A program made the position numbers and the translations under genes. From contig JBFWNO010000001.1 in NCBI GenBank assembly GCA_050251015.1, positions 15,860-79,859 on the forward strand: DNA of 64,000 bases, given 5' to 3'. The notes below the pieces were generated by a model, which saw only the letters and a list, made by a program, of their open reading frames with translations, did no database searches and was not told the DNA's origin. This document shows, piece after piece, positions 1-9,660 of the stretch; the stretch's first letter is position 1, and each line of letters starts with the position of its first letter. Source of the DNA: Planctomycetota bacterium (GTDB lineage Bacteria; Planctomycetota; JBFWNO01).

Positions 1-672
1 TTCGACGCCAACCGGATGGACGCCGCCTTCTTCAAGGGCAAGAGCGCCTTCGACGGCGGCTGTGGCACCGGCAGGCTTTCCCTTGTGATGGCCGAGCGCG
101 GTGCCCGGGTGAAAGCCTGGGACCAGAGTGCCGCCTGCCTGAAGTTTGCCCAAACCCAGGCCCAGCGCCACAAACTGGCTGTGGATTTCACGGAACACAC
201 CGTCACACAACTTGAAGGCATCCCCGACAACTCCATTGATGTCGTGGTCTCCAACGGCGTCCTCCACCACACGGTGGACTGCCTGGGCGGTGTGAAGGAA
301 CACTTTCGGGCCACCAAGAAGGGGGGAGTGTTCTGGCTCTATTTGTACGGCAAGGGCGGCTTCTACTGGGTGATCTACGATGTTCTCAAGTCCCTGTTGG
401 CGCCCCTGGGTCCGGTGGTGGTCAAGGAAACGCTGACACGCCTGCGGATCCGCGAGGGCCTTATCTACACTCTGCTCGACAACTGCATGGCCCCCATCCG
501 CACCTACCACAGTGTGGAAGAGGTTCGTTCCGCGTTGGGCAATGGCCCACTCAAGATCGTGCTCCACAAGGGTTCATCCCCCATCGATGACACCCAGATG
601 CTGCTGGATACCCGCTATGGCCGGGATCTTCTTGGACCGGAGGGTGAAGTGAGGATCAATATCCTCAAGTGA
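1..672 (+). CDS. Class I SAM-dependent methyltransferase; 5' end runs off the window
   Basis: Reading frame is open from base 1. DGGCGTG glycine-rich SAM-binding motif followed by an acidic residue. Methyltransferase-like fold spacing (VVSNGVLHH). Confidence 0.7.
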   Translation, partial: FDANRMDAAFFKGKSAFDGGCGTGRLSLVMAERGARVKAWDQSAACLKFAQTQAQRHKLAVDFTEHTVTQLEGIPDNSIDVVVSNGVLHHTVDCLGGVKEHFRATKKGGVFWLYLYGKGGFYWVIYDVLKSLLAPLGPVVVKETLTRLRIREGLIYTLLDNCMAPIRTYHSVEEVRSALGNGPLKIVLHKGSSPIDDTQMLLDTRYGRDLLGPEGEVRINILK

Positions 673-1810
673 CGCGGCGGTCCAGGACGCCCTTCCACTT
701 TTCGCGCCACTTAGAACTCAGGCCCAGGGCCTGCTGAAGCTTGGCCTCCTCGGGGAGAACGGGTGGCTTGGAGATGAAGGTGGACACTCCCTCCCACGAT
801 GTGGGCCTGACCACCAGATCCTTCCATCGGGCCATGGCATTCTCGCCCGAGCGCACCAGGGCCTCGAGGCTGAGCACGGGGCGCCGCATCGAAAGGGCCT
901 CGAGCAGGAACATCGAACCAACGCCGATCACACTGTCGGCTGCGGCCAGCAGGTCCATGGAGGGCACCATGGGTGCCGACCAGAGGGCCGCACGCCTGGC
1001 GCCATCGAGCACGGGCCCCCTGTCATGCCCCTTCTCGTCGAAATGGACCGCGTAGGAGGCCGGATCCTCCTTGGGATGGGGACGCATGAGGAGAAGGTCA
1101 TGGGGCCCGGCCACGGCACGGAACGCCTGCCACAGCAGGGAGAAGATCTCCGCTTGGTCCTTGGGATCGCCGGGAAAGGACGCACCGGCCTTGTGCAGTT
1201 CCTTTTGCGGCTCGCTGGCAAACACCACAAGTTTTTGGAAGGATCCCACCCGGGCCACCAGGTCATGCCTCACGGCCGCACGGCGTGCCAGCGTCCTCTC
1301 GCGGCGTTCCAGCAGTCTTGAAAGGTGCGGGTGCGGCGCTGCAAAGGCCGCTCCCTCGATGAGGTGCTCCTGCTTGATCTGCCTGACCCCATCATCGGAC
1401 AAGGCCGCTACCGCATCGGGATACCAGCGCTCACCGGCCACCTCAAAGCGCTCCCGCACGCGCATCCATTGGTCCAAAACGGCCAGAGAACCCACGCCAT
1501 CACGCCTGGCGAAATCCCACAGCCACCTGTCTGTCATGTCATCGTGGTGGGTGGTGCCGGTCAGGAGAAGGGAAGGTCTCGGCAGAGAGCACCACCACGC
1601 GTCAAGAACCGCCAGGTCCTCGTCGCGCGTGAAACCGCGGTGGATGCCTAGGGTGCGGTTGAGATCCTCATGATCGATCCTCTCCTCAGCCAAGATCCCC
1701 CTGGCCGCATCCTTGGCCACCCACTGCGACGCTGCGGGCAAGATGTCTTTGAGTGACGAGAGGACCCTCGCAGCGCCAGGGTCCCGGCAGAAGATCAGGG
1801 GCGCGCTCAT
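665..1810 (-). CDS. Hypothetical sugar-cluster protein with a GT-B/TagF/KpsS-like C-terminal region; possible glycosyl- or glycerophosphotransferase
   Basis: 381-aa ORF lying in the same-strand sugar gene block; its 3' end overlaps the downstream + strand methyltransferase gene. C-terminal segment (LLLMRPHPKE ... DSVIGVGSMFLLEALSMRRPVLSLE) resembles the C-terminal nucleotide-sugar-binding half of GT-B / Glyphos_transf proteins. Assignment is tentative. Confidence 0.45.
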   Translation of the reverse strand: MSAPLIFCRDPGAARVLSSLKDILPAASQWVAKDAARGILAEERIDHEDLNRTLGIHRGFTRDEDLAVLDAWWCSLPRPSLLLTGTTHHDDMTDRWLWDFARRDGVGSLAVLDQWMRVRERFEVAGERWYPDAVAALSDDGVRQIKQEHLIEGAAFAAPHPHLSRLLERRERTLARRAAVRHDLVARVGSFQKLVVFASEPQKELHKAGASFPGDPKDQAEIFSLLWQAFRAVAGPHDLLLMRPHPKEDPASYAVHFDEKGHDRGPVLDGARRAALWSAPMVPSMDLLAAADSVIGVGSMFLLEALSMRRPVLSLEALVRSGENAMARWKDLVVRPTSWEGVSTFISKPPVLPEEAKLQQALGLSSKWREKWKGVLDRRVT

Positions 1811-1816
1811 GCGCCC

Positions 1817-3004
1817 CTATGCCCCGCCATGCTTCTTGACAATCTTCCTCACGACATCCGCAAACGTGTCGATTTCCAGCAAACCGATGCGGTAGCGGAT
1901 CAGGTTCGGATAGAAAAGGGTCTTGCGCCAAAGTTCCTCGCTCACCGGACAGGATGTTGCCGAGCCCTTCGAGCGGCCCTTGAATGCCCCCAGGGTGTAA
2001 AGCGGCGCCACGTAGCGGGAGGCCGAGTAGCCGAAAGTGTTGAGCGCCGAGATGAATTGGTCGCGAGAGACGCCAAGTTCATCGGGTCGGTAAAGAAGCG
2101 GGAAGAGATAATACACATGCGTACAGTCCGCGCGCACCTTGGGGGCGCGCAAAAAACCAAAGCGCGCAAGCGTGTGCCGGAGCCTCGCAGCTCTCTCCTG
2201 CCTGCGTCTTGTGATGGCCGGTAGCTTCTTGAGCTGTTCCCGGGCCACGGCCGCCTGGAGTTCGGTCAACCGGTAATTCTGTCCCAAGAAACCCCTGAGG
2301 TTCCGTGGCACTCTGGAACCCAGCACATTCTCCCCATGGTTGCGGATGAGCTGAAGTCTTGTGGCCAGCTTTTCGTCCCGCGTCACAGCCACCCCTCCCT
2401 CGCCGCACTGGATCGCCTTGTGGCAATTGAGGGAAAACACCCCGATATCCCCCACCGTTCCCGCATAGACCCCCTTGTGAAGGGCGCCGGGGGCCTGGGC
2501 GTTGTCCTCGATCAGCCACAGCTTGTGGGCCCTGGCCAGCTTGCCCAGGGCTGTGAGATCCGCCGGCTGGCCGAACAGGTTCACGGCAAAAATCGCGCGG
2601 GTCTTTTGGGTGATGGCCCTGGCCGCAGCCCTGGGACAGAGGCAGAAGGTATCGGGCTCCACATCCGTGAACACCGGCACGGCACCCACGGCGGCCACCG
2701 CCGCCGCTGTGGCACTCATGGTGAAGGTAGGCACCAGAACCTCGTCACCAGGCTTGAGCTGCAAGGATTGGATGGCGGCAAACAGGCCGCTGGTGGCACT
2801 GTTCATGCTCACCGCATGTGGCACCTTGAAAAATCTCGCCCATTCGCTGTCGAGGGCTTGCACTTCGACCCCCCCCAGGAAACGGGGACCTGGGCTGCCG
2901 TAAAAATCCGAAAGCACCTTCGACTTCATCACCCGAGCCACAGCGCGCTCTTCCTCGCGGCCGATGGAACTGTCCCAGATGAAGGGGGGTCGTCCCTTGG
3001 TCAT
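1817..3004 (-). CDS. DegT/DnrJ/EryC1/StrS family PLP-dependent sugar aminotransferase
   Basis: 395 aa with full-length similarity pattern of the DegT family (PLP-dependent aminotransferases acting on nucleotide sugars). Start overlaps the upstream gene by 4 nt. Confidence 0.85.
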   Translation of the reverse strand: MTKGRPPFIWDSSIGREEERAVARVMKSKVLSDFYGSPGPRFLGGVEVQALDSEWARFFKVPHAVSMNSATSGLFAAIQSLQLKPGDEVLVPTFTMSATAAAVAAVGAVPVFTDVEPDTFCLCPRAAARAITQKTRAIFAVNLFGQPADLTALGKLARAHKLWLIEDNAQAPGALHKGVYAGTVGDIGVFSLNCHKAIQCGEGGVAVTRDEKLATRLQLIRNHGENVLGSRVPRNLRGFLGQNYRLTELQAAVAREQLKKLPAITRRRQERAARLRHTLARFGFLRAPKVRADCTHVYYLFPLLYRPDELGVSRDQFISALNTFGYSASRYVAPLYTLGAFKGRSKGSATSCPVSEELWRKTLFYPNLIRYRIGLLEIDTFADVVRKIVKKHGGA

Positions 3005-3933
3005 GCCATTTCCGCCTTCAAGAGAAGCTCCAAGTCCTTCAATTGCCCCTCCAAAATCATCAACCAGTCCGCCGGGGGATTGGCAAAGGCCCGATACAAA
3101 TCCCGGAAGGCCTGGCGCAAGGTGGCCTCGCAGAGTTCCTCCTCCAGCATCCTGAAGCCGGGATAGTCCCGGGACTCCCTGGCCCTTTGCACCAACAGGC
3201 GATGCCCCTGGTTGAGGATGTGAATTCGCCCTTCCTCAAAGGTGAGCGTCATCTCCAAGGCACCATAATCCAGGTCCGCCAAGGTGATATCGCCCAGCAC
3301 CCCCCCCTCAGTGACAAGATCCCATACCCCCTCCACGCCCCGAACGCCCTTCCTGGTGAGACCGGTCATTTTCACCTGGGCCACAGGATGTCCCCATTGA
3401 CGCAGGAGATCGAGCGCGTGGCATCCCGAGTGCGCCAATCCCTGGCGGGTGAGGACATCAAAGTGCTTCAACCGGCCGAACTCTCCCGAGCGCACCCTCG
3501 CACCCAACCTTGAAAGAGCCTCGTCAAACCGCCGAGGGAAATTCACCAGGACCGGCACCTTGGAAATCTTGAGAAGCTGGTGAAACTTCTCAAGCTCCTC
3601 CAGCGTGCCCACGACCGGCTTCTCACAGAGAACCGCAAGATCCTTCCCGTTCTTCACAATGGCGGTAAGGGCCTCCAGGTGCGCACCCGTGGAGCTTGCC
3701 ACAACCACCCTTTGCGGGTCATGCGCCAACAGCTCCCTCATGCTGGGGCAGGTCTCGCCCCCCCACTCCTTGGTGAAACTGCGCGCATGCTCACCACTGA
3801 TGTCATGAACCCACCGGAGGTCAAAACGTCCATCGGCCCTCATCGCCTGCGCATGCGTGACCACCTCGTCGCCACCCGGCTTGGCCCGGAGTCCTGCGAT
3901 CCAACCGCAACCGATGAGGGCGGTCTTCAACAT
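3001..3933 (-). CDS. Gfo/Idh/MocA family NAD(P)-dependent oxidoreductase
   Basis: N-terminal Rossmann motif LIGCGWIAG. EKP motif (LCEKPVV) typical of Gfo/Idh/MocA enzymes. Sits in an operon with the aminotransferase and cytidylyltransferase. Confidence 0.8.
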   Translation of the reverse strand: MLKTALIGCGWIAGLRAKPGGDEVVTHAQAMRADGRFDLRWVHDISGEHARSFTKEWGGETCPSMRELLAHDPQRVVVASSTGAHLEALTAIVKNGKDLAVLCEKPVVGTLEELEKFHQLLKISKVPVLVNFPRRFDEALSRLGARVRSGEFGRLKHFDVLTRQGLAHSGCHALDLLRQWGHPVAQVKMTGLTRKGVRGVEGVWDLVTEGGVLGDITLADLDYGALEMTLTFEEGRIHILNQGHRLLVQRARESRDYPGFRMLEEELCEATLRQAFRDLYRAFANPPADWLMILEGQLKDLELLLKAEMA

Positions 3934-4694
3934 GAGGCCACCACCTCATTCTCATGGCACTCGAAGGGTGCAATGTTCACGGGGTGCATGGCGTTGATTG
4001 TCCCCGCTTCGGGATGGTCGTTCAAATAGGCCAGAACGTCGTCGGTGGTGAAAGCGGGATTTTGGGGGTAAAGGGACTCGAAGATCCTCCTGAAGAAGAT
4101 TTCGTCCTCGGGATAGTCCAAACACCAGCGCTTTTCCGGGCACCTGACCCTGGAGCTTTCGTAGTTCTTGAGCCTGAATTCCTTGGGGTGGGTGTAGATG
4201 TACCAGGAACCGTGTTCCCTGTCCTCCGCGCTGGGATGTGAAGCGAGCACCTTTTCAAGGACGGCAGGCTTGTAGACCTGGGTGTCGAGCCCGGTGGGCC
4301 AACTGCGCCGCAGTCGGTTGGAGACATAATCCACCTTTGAACCCAGATAGACCCTCACACCTTCATCGATCACACGCCAGTCATGAAGGGGGCAATCGCC
4401 CGTGGTCTGCACCAATAGGTCAGCCTTGTGAGCCCTGGCGGCACCTGCCAGACGGGAGAGCACATCATCTTCCGACCCCCGGAAAATGGAGCAGCCGATG
4501 CTTCTGCAGAGCGCTTCGATCGCATCGTCCTTGGGATTCACCGTGGTGGCCACCACCACCTCATGCACCCTTTGGGCACGCCGGACCCTTTCGATCATGA
4601 GTTCGAGAAAGCTCCGGCCACAGGCCTCCTTCAAGACCTTGCCGGGAAGGCGGCTTGAACCCATGCGGGCCTCGATGGTCAGGACCACCCTCAT
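3927..4694 (-). CDS. Acylneuraminate/pseudaminate-type cytidylyltransferase (CTP_transf_3, SpsF/PseF/NeuA-like CMP-sugar synthetase)
   Basis: N-terminal motif IEARMGSSRLPGKVL is diagnostic for the CMP-nonulosonic-acid synthetase / SpsF family. ~255 aa. Confidence 0.75.
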   Translation of the reverse strand: MRVVLTIEARMGSSRLPGKVLKEACGRSFLELMIERVRRAQRVHEVVVATTVNPKDDAIEALCRSIGCSIFRGSEDDVLSRLAGAARAHKADLLVQTTGDCPLHDWRVIDEGVRVYLGSKVDYVSNRLRRSWPTGLDTQVYKPAVLEKVLASHPSAEDREHGSWYIYTHPKEFRLKNYESSRVRCPEKRWCLDYPEDEIFFRRIFESLYPQNPAFTTDDVLAYLNDHPEAGTINAMHPVNIAPFECHENEVVASC

Positions 4695-5845
4695 CGGGAC
4701 GCCGCGCCCGTCAAAGAAGGAAGCATGAAAGCCGTCTGTGGCGTGAGGTTCGAGACGAACTTCAGGCGGGGATCGGCAAGGATGAGGGTCAGCAGCCTGC
4801 GGCGCAGACAGAGTTTGAAGAGTGTTCGATCCACCAATTGGACCTCCAGGGGTTGTTCCGGCCCCATTGTCTTCAGGAGGGCCTCAAGATGGAACCCCAG
4901 GCCAAAACCCAGGACTCGCACAGGGCCCGACCCCGTGCGGTCCAGCCACTGGGCGGCGAGTGAGCGGGCTTCGCCTTCGGGATCCTGGGGGTCATGAAAG
5001 TGGGCCACACCCACGCGGGCTTGCCTGGCTGTGATCGTGTACTGGCCCAGCCTGCCGTAATCGTCGACCTTCGCGATCCACTGCGCCACCCCGGGATGGG
5101 CCCTCTCCAAGGCTCCCATGTTCGCGGCCACCACCGCCTCATCGTCATGCCGCCGGAGCACCACCAGTGTTTCGATGCCCCTCTGCCAGATCAACTCGAT
5201 CTCAAACGGCACCTTCACATGCCGGCGAGCGAACTCGAGGAATGACGCAAAACTGTCGGCTGTCCAGACATGGTAATGGGTGCTGAATCGCTCATCCTGC
5301 ATGTTGGATTCGATCTGGGCCTCGACCTCGGCGCGGGTCCATGTGTCATGGAGAGGGCTATGCGCATACATTTCCACGAGGTGGGCACGCTTGGCCGACG
5401 CTCCCCCATCCTTGGTGTCCTTTGCAAAATGATCAAGAGGCGTGTTCTGGCGACGGCAATCGAAGGTGAAACGCTTATCGGGGACGCTCATCACCAGAAG
5501 ACCGCCATTGACCAGGACGCGGAGCATGTTGCCGAGCCCAGCGAGGGCGTCCTGAAAATGCTCCATCACATGGTGGGCGATCACGAAATCCTCGGAGGCG
5601 TCCGGTACGCCCGCCAGGGTTTCCCCGGGAGCCACGATGTCCACGCGCGCGAGCCTCCCCTTCATGTCGGGATGAGCTGCCTCCAGCTCCTGAAGCGACA
5701 TCAGGTCCACGTAGCGCACCTTGATCGACGAAGGCAGGGGTTGGGGATGCTCGCGGGCCCCGATCTCCAGCCCGCGCATCGGGCCGTCCAAGTAGGTTGA
5801 GATCATGATGTCGCGGGGGGAACCGCTAAGCCGGGCCAATGACAT
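4691..5845 (-). CDS. SAM-dependent methyltransferase with C-terminal accessory domain
   Basis: Methyltransferase core (LEIGA ... DFVIAHHVMEHF ... LVNGGLLVMSVP). The N-terminal start is uncertain, because the predicted start is divergent from the 5839 ORF and overlaps it by a few nt. Confidence 0.6.
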   Translation of the reverse strand: MSLARLSGSPRDIMISTYLDGPMRGLEIGAREHPQPLPSSIKVRYVDLMSLQELEAAHPDMKGRLARVDIVAPGETLAGVPDASEDFVIAHHVMEHFQDALAGLGNMLRVLVNGGLLVMSVPDKRFTFDCRRQNTPLDHFAKDTKDGGASAKRAHLVEMYAHSPLHDTWTRAEVEAQIESNMQDERFSTHYHVWTADSFASFLEFARRHVKVPFEIELIWQRGIETLVVLRRHDDEAVVAANMGALERAHPGVAQWIAKVDDYGRLGQYTITARQARVGVAHFHDPQDPEGEARSLAAQWLDRTGSGPVRVLGFGLGFHLEALLKTMGPEQPLEVQLVDRTLFKLCLRRRLLTLILADPRLKFVSNLTPQTAFMLPSLTGAASR

Positions 5846-5859
5846 CCCTTCATCGTAAG

Positions 5860-7548
5860 ATGGAACCCATGCCCATCTTTGCCATCGTGGCCGACAGTCC
5901 CCTGGGCCTGCACCGCCAGGCTGTCGCCGGGAATGAATTTCCCCTCCTCAGGCAGGGTCTGGAGCTGTCCCCCCTGAGAATCCTACGGCTCCTGAAGGCG
6001 GCCTGCCTGAAGGCGGGCAGGCCAGCCCGGATGATCCTGCCCCTGGCAAGGGGACTCGACAAAATCGCGCCCGAGCTGGGACCCAGGGATCTTTTCCAGT
6101 ATCTCGGCTCACCCAGCCACTCCCCGACGCTCCAGGCCGTGGCCGCCCTGGAGGCCCGCTGGCTCGAGGAACTGCGCCGCGGTGTGGCCTCTCTGGATCC
6201 TGTCTCGACCGGTGAGTCTTCCGGGTTGCTGGAACTGGACACCGATGAGGCCTTCAAGTCTTGGTCCGCCACGACCATTGCCGATGAGGATGTCGTGGTC
6301 CTGGCCCGCGGATCTCAGTCGCTTCTGAACACAGTTCTGAGCGCCGGACTGCTTGCCGAGGTCCTGCGCCGGGATGCCCTCCTCAAGGATCATGGAGTGG
6401 CCGGCATGGCCGGCCATGCCATGGGACTCACTCCCCTCGTGCTCTCGGGGCGGGCCTGGAAGGCTGCGCTGGCAACATGGAATCCCGCCGACCCGCGCAG
6501 CGGCCCGGCACCGGTGGCCGAACTTTCTCTGTCGCCCCTGATCGAACAGATGGCAACGCAGGGAATCGATTTGCACTGGAGATCCGCCTACCACAGCTTC
6601 CAGGGGCTCTTTCTCACGCGCTATCCGGAGGCCGATTCAATGGAGCCCGGCCAGATCCTCGCCGCCCTACGGTCCCATGCAGCACAGATCGACCTCGGAT
6701 CGGGCCGGCGCATTCCCTTCATCTTCAATGAAAGGGTCGCGTACTGGGGAGACGGCTCGAACGTCCACGCCCCCAAAGGTGATTTTCGCTCGCTCGTGGG
6801 CCGCATGGCCCAGGAAGAACAGCTCCTCAGGCAAACGACGGGCATGGTCTTCAAGGGGCAAAAAATCCTCGAGGTGGGTTGCGGACCCGGGGAGAGCGCG
6901 CTGGGCATGATGGCTCTCGGCGCCGCCCGCGTGACAGCCACGGACTTTGCCGTGGAGACGGGACTCTTCACCCACCGGCGGATGCTGGCCCTGTGGCCCG
7001 AAAACCTGCCCAAACCGGGCGCCCTTCATTTCACCGACGCGGCAGCCGAGCATCTGCCTTTCCCCGATGCCTCCTTTGACCTGATCTACAGCACCCAGGT
7101 GCTCGAGCATGTCCGGGATGTGCGATCCTCGATGCACGAGATCCTCAGAGTCCTACGCAAGGGAGGGGCGCTCCTCCTGCACTACAACCCCTATTTCCAC
7201 CTGAGGGGAGGGCACGGAGTCTGTACCACCGATATCCCCTGGGGTCATCTCAGATTGACTCCCGAGGAAATGGAGGAGTTTGTCTCGAAGGTGGAGTTTC
7301 CCGAAAGGGGCCGGGCTACCCGTGAGGCCCTCGCCTCCTATTTCAACCCCGAGCGATTGACCTTGAGCTCTTTCGAAGCCATCCTTGCCACTCTGCCCGC
7401 CACAATCCTGCACTACACCACGCAGGTGGAACCCAGGCACCAGGAGTTCCTCCCCCAGCTTCTGCCCGAGATCCTCGCCCGGCACTCCGGGGCCACCCAC
7501 CGCGACCTTATCACCCGTGCAGTGACCGTGGTGCTCAGGAAACAGTAG
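5860..7548 (+). CDS. Two-domain protein: unknown ~350-aa N-terminal domain plus C-terminal class I SAM-dependent methyltransferase
   Basis: C-terminal motif ILEVGCGPGESAL ... FDLIYSTQVLEHV ... LRKGGALLL. Start placed at the second Met (MEPMPIF), because the first Met would overlap the divergent upstream gene. Confidence 0.6.
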   Translation: MEPMPIFAIVADSPLGLHRQAVAGNEFPLLRQGLELSPLRILRLLKAACLKAGRPARMILPLARGLDKIAPELGPRDLFQYLGSPSHSPTLQAVAALEARWLEELRRGVASLDPVSTGESSGLLELDTDEAFKSWSATTIADEDVVVLARGSQSLLNTVLSAGLLAEVLRRDALLKDHGVAGMAGHAMGLTPLVLSGRAWKAALATWNPADPRSGPAPVAELSLSPLIEQMATQGIDLHWRSAYHSFQGLFLTRYPEADSMEPGQILAALRSHAAQIDLGSGRRIPFIFNERVAYWGDGSNVHAPKGDFRSLVGRMAQEEQLLRQTTGMVFKGQKILEVGCGPGESALGMMALGAARVTATDFAVETGLFTHRRMLALWPENLPKPGALHFTDAAAEHLPFPDASFDLIYSTQVLEHVRDVRSSMHEILRVLRKGGALLLHYNPYFHLRGGHGVCTTDIPWGHLRLTPEEMEEFVSKVEFPERGRATREALASYFNPERLTLSSFEAILATLPATILHYTTQVEPRHQEFLPQLLPEILARHSGATHRDLITRAVTVVLRKQ

Positions 7549-7633
7549 GCGGAAAAATGGCGCCAAATCCATTCTTTTGAAGGGCCCCGGGTCATCCTTG
7601 CCCGCCCTCCCCAATCCTGATATTCTTCCATCC

Positions 7634-7672
7634 ATGACATCGGCTCCGCGACATCATCATCCTTCACATTGA
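7634..7672 (+). CDS. hisL: Candidate his operon leader peptide (MTSAPRHHHPSH)
   Basis: 12-codon ORF, with 4 His among its last 6 codons. Lies ~70 nt upstream of hisG. Its stop codon overlaps the base of a GC hairpin that is followed by a T-tract. Confidence 0.45.
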   Translation: MTSAPRHHHPSH

Positions 7673-7712
7673 CCGTCAGGCCCTTACGGGCCCCACTGTC
7701 CGCTTCTTTTCA
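7671..7712 (+). terminator. Candidate his attenuator: hairpin GAC..GGCCC-TTAC-GGGCC..GTC followed by CGCTTCTTTTC
   Basis: Inverted repeat and downstream U-rich tract seen directly in the sequence between the leader ORF and hisG. Confidence 0.4.
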
Positions 7713-7741
7713 CAAATCACTCCCCAACGAAGGATCCGCCG

Positions 7742-8605
7742 ATGAAAAACACACCACGCCTCCGTCTTCTTGTGCCCACCGGTCGCATGAACGAAAAACT
7801 CCTCGTGCTGTTGGCCGAAAGCGGCTACGGGATCGAGGGGGCCGGACGCGATTACCGCCCCCGCTGTGCCGACGCCTCCATCGAGGTCAAGATGCTCAAA
7901 CCTATCAACATCCCCAAGCTGGTGGAGTTGGGCCGTCACGACCTTGGTTTCTGCGGACTCGATTGGGTCAGGGAACACCAAACCGATGTGGAGGTGGTCG
8001 CCGAACTGGGTCTCGACCCCGTGTCGCTGGTGGTTGCAGCCCCCGAAGGGACCACCCTCGCCTCACTCAAAAGGAGAAAGAACCTGGTGCTGGCCACGGA
8101 ATATGAAAACCTGGCCCGGGGTTGGCTCAGACGCAACAGGGTCCGGGCCACCCTTCTCCGAACGAATGGAACAACGGAGGTGTACCCCCCCGATGACGCC
8201 GACCTGATCCTCGACAACTCCGCCAGCGGCTCCACCCTGAAGGCCAACAAGCTGGATGTCCTGGGCACCCTGATGCGCTCCTCCACCTGCCTGGTGGCCA
8301 ACAAGACATCCCTCCGCCAGCGGGCAGTGGCCGAGAAAATCAGGCAGATGGCGGATTTGCTGGGGAGCACCCTGGCGGCCCGCCGCAAGGTGATGCTCGA
8401 GATGAACGTGTCCGAGAAAAATCTCGAAAGGCTCGTGGCCCAGGTTCCTGCCATGAAGGGTCCCACCGTGCAGGCCCTGGCCGGTTCGGGCTATGCGGTG
8501 AAGACCGTGGTGGACCGCGAACTGGTTCGGGAACTGCTTCCCAAGCTCAAGAAACTGGGAGCCACTGATATTCTGGAGATGCCCCTTCGCAAGGTCCTGC
8601 CATGA
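7742..8605 (+). CDS. hisG: ATP phosphoribosyltransferase (long form)
   Basis: 287 aa. Conserved HisG catalytic region (DLILDNSASGSTLKAN) and C-terminal regulatory domain. Confidence 0.9.
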   Translation: MKNTPRLRLLVPTGRMNEKLLVLLAESGYGIEGAGRDYRPRCADASIEVKMLKPINIPKLVELGRHDLGFCGLDWVREHQTDVEVVAELGLDPVSLVVAAPEGTTLASLKRRKNLVLATEYENLARGWLRRNRVRATLLRTNGTTEVYPPDDADLILDNSASGSTLKANKLDVLGTLMRSSTCLVANKTSLRQRAVAEKIRQMADLLGSTLAARRKVMLEMNVSEKNLERLVAQVPAMKGPTVQALAGSGYAVKTVVDRELVRELLPKLKKLGATDILEMPLRKVLP

Positions 8606-9660
8606 AGCCCGTCCGTGGCGTGGAGATCCTGGAGGCCTACCACCCCCCGTTGCAGGGCCGCGCCCAATCCCTGCGCCTGGACTTCAACGAATGGGTGGGC
8701 CCTGCACATCCGAAACTGGCCCAAGCGCTCCGCGATTTCCGACCGGAACAGCTGGGCGTATACCCCGAGGATTCCGCCGCACGCGCACGCGTGGCCGCGC
8801 AGTTTGGCGCCCTGCCCGAGGAGGTCACTCTGGCCAACGGTACCGACGAGGCCTTTGCCAATGTTTTCCGCGCCTACCTCGGCAAGGGTGAAGGCATCCT
8901 GATTCCCGATCCCGGCTACGCGATGATGCCCTTCTACGCCACGCTCTGCGAGGCTTCGATCGTGCCCTGGATCCTGGCGGCTCCCTCCTTCGATTACGAA
9001 CTGCCCGGTCTGGAGGAATTCTGCCGTGCGGGTGGCAAGGTGGCCTGCATTGTCCGGCCGAACAACCCCACAGGCACCAATCTTGCCCCCAAGATCACAC
9101 TGGATCTGGCCAAGAAATACCCCTCGACCCTCTTCGTGATCGACGAGGCCTACGCCGAATTTGCCGGATCTTCGGTGCTCCCGCAGGCCCTGGCCTATCC
9201 CAATGTGCTCACCCTCCGGACCTTCTCCAAGTGCTGGAGCATGGCGGGTCTCCGGTGCGGGGCCGTGGTGGCGCACAAGGACATCATCGCCACACTACGG
9301 AAAATGTGGAGCCCCTATAGCGTGAACGTGCTGGCCCTGCACCTTCTGGAGCGCATCCTCCCCGATGTTTCCTGGCCTCCCCAGGTGAAACGCCTTGTGG
9401 ACACGCAGCGCAAACGGCTGCAGGAAAAATTCCTCCAACTCAAAGCCCCCCATTTTTTTGGGGAAGGGAATTTCTTCCTTGTGAAGCCGCCTCAGGGTGC
9501 CAAGGCCTTCTGCGAGGGCTATGCCAAACGGGGAATCCGCCTCAGAGACCAGAGCTCCAAGAGGAATCTCGGGGGTTGGGTGAGGGTCTCGATCGGTGAT
9601 GCCCCGGCGACCGACCGTTTTCTCGATGTCCTTGACCAGGTGATGAAGGAGCCCGCATGA
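8602..9660 (+). CDS. hisC: Histidinol-phosphate aminotransferase
   Basis: 352 aa class-II aminotransferase in his operon context. 4-nt overlap with hisG. Confidence 0.85.
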   Translation: MKPVRGVEILEAYHPPLQGRAQSLRLDFNEWVGPAHPKLAQALRDFRPEQLGVYPEDSAARARVAAQFGALPEEVTLANGTDEAFANVFRAYLGKGEGILIPDPGYAMMPFYATLCEASIVPWILAAPSFDYELPGLEEFCRAGGKVACIVRPNNPTGTNLAPKITLDLAKKYPSTLFVIDEAYAEFAGSSVLPQALAYPNVLTLRTFSKCWSMAGLRCGAVVAHKDIIATLRKMWSPYSVNVLALHLLERILPDVSWPPQVKRLVDTQRKRLQEKFLQLKAPHFFGEGNFFLVKPPQGAKAFCEGYAKRGIRLRDQSSKRNLGGWVRVSIGDAPATDRFLDVLDQVMKEPA

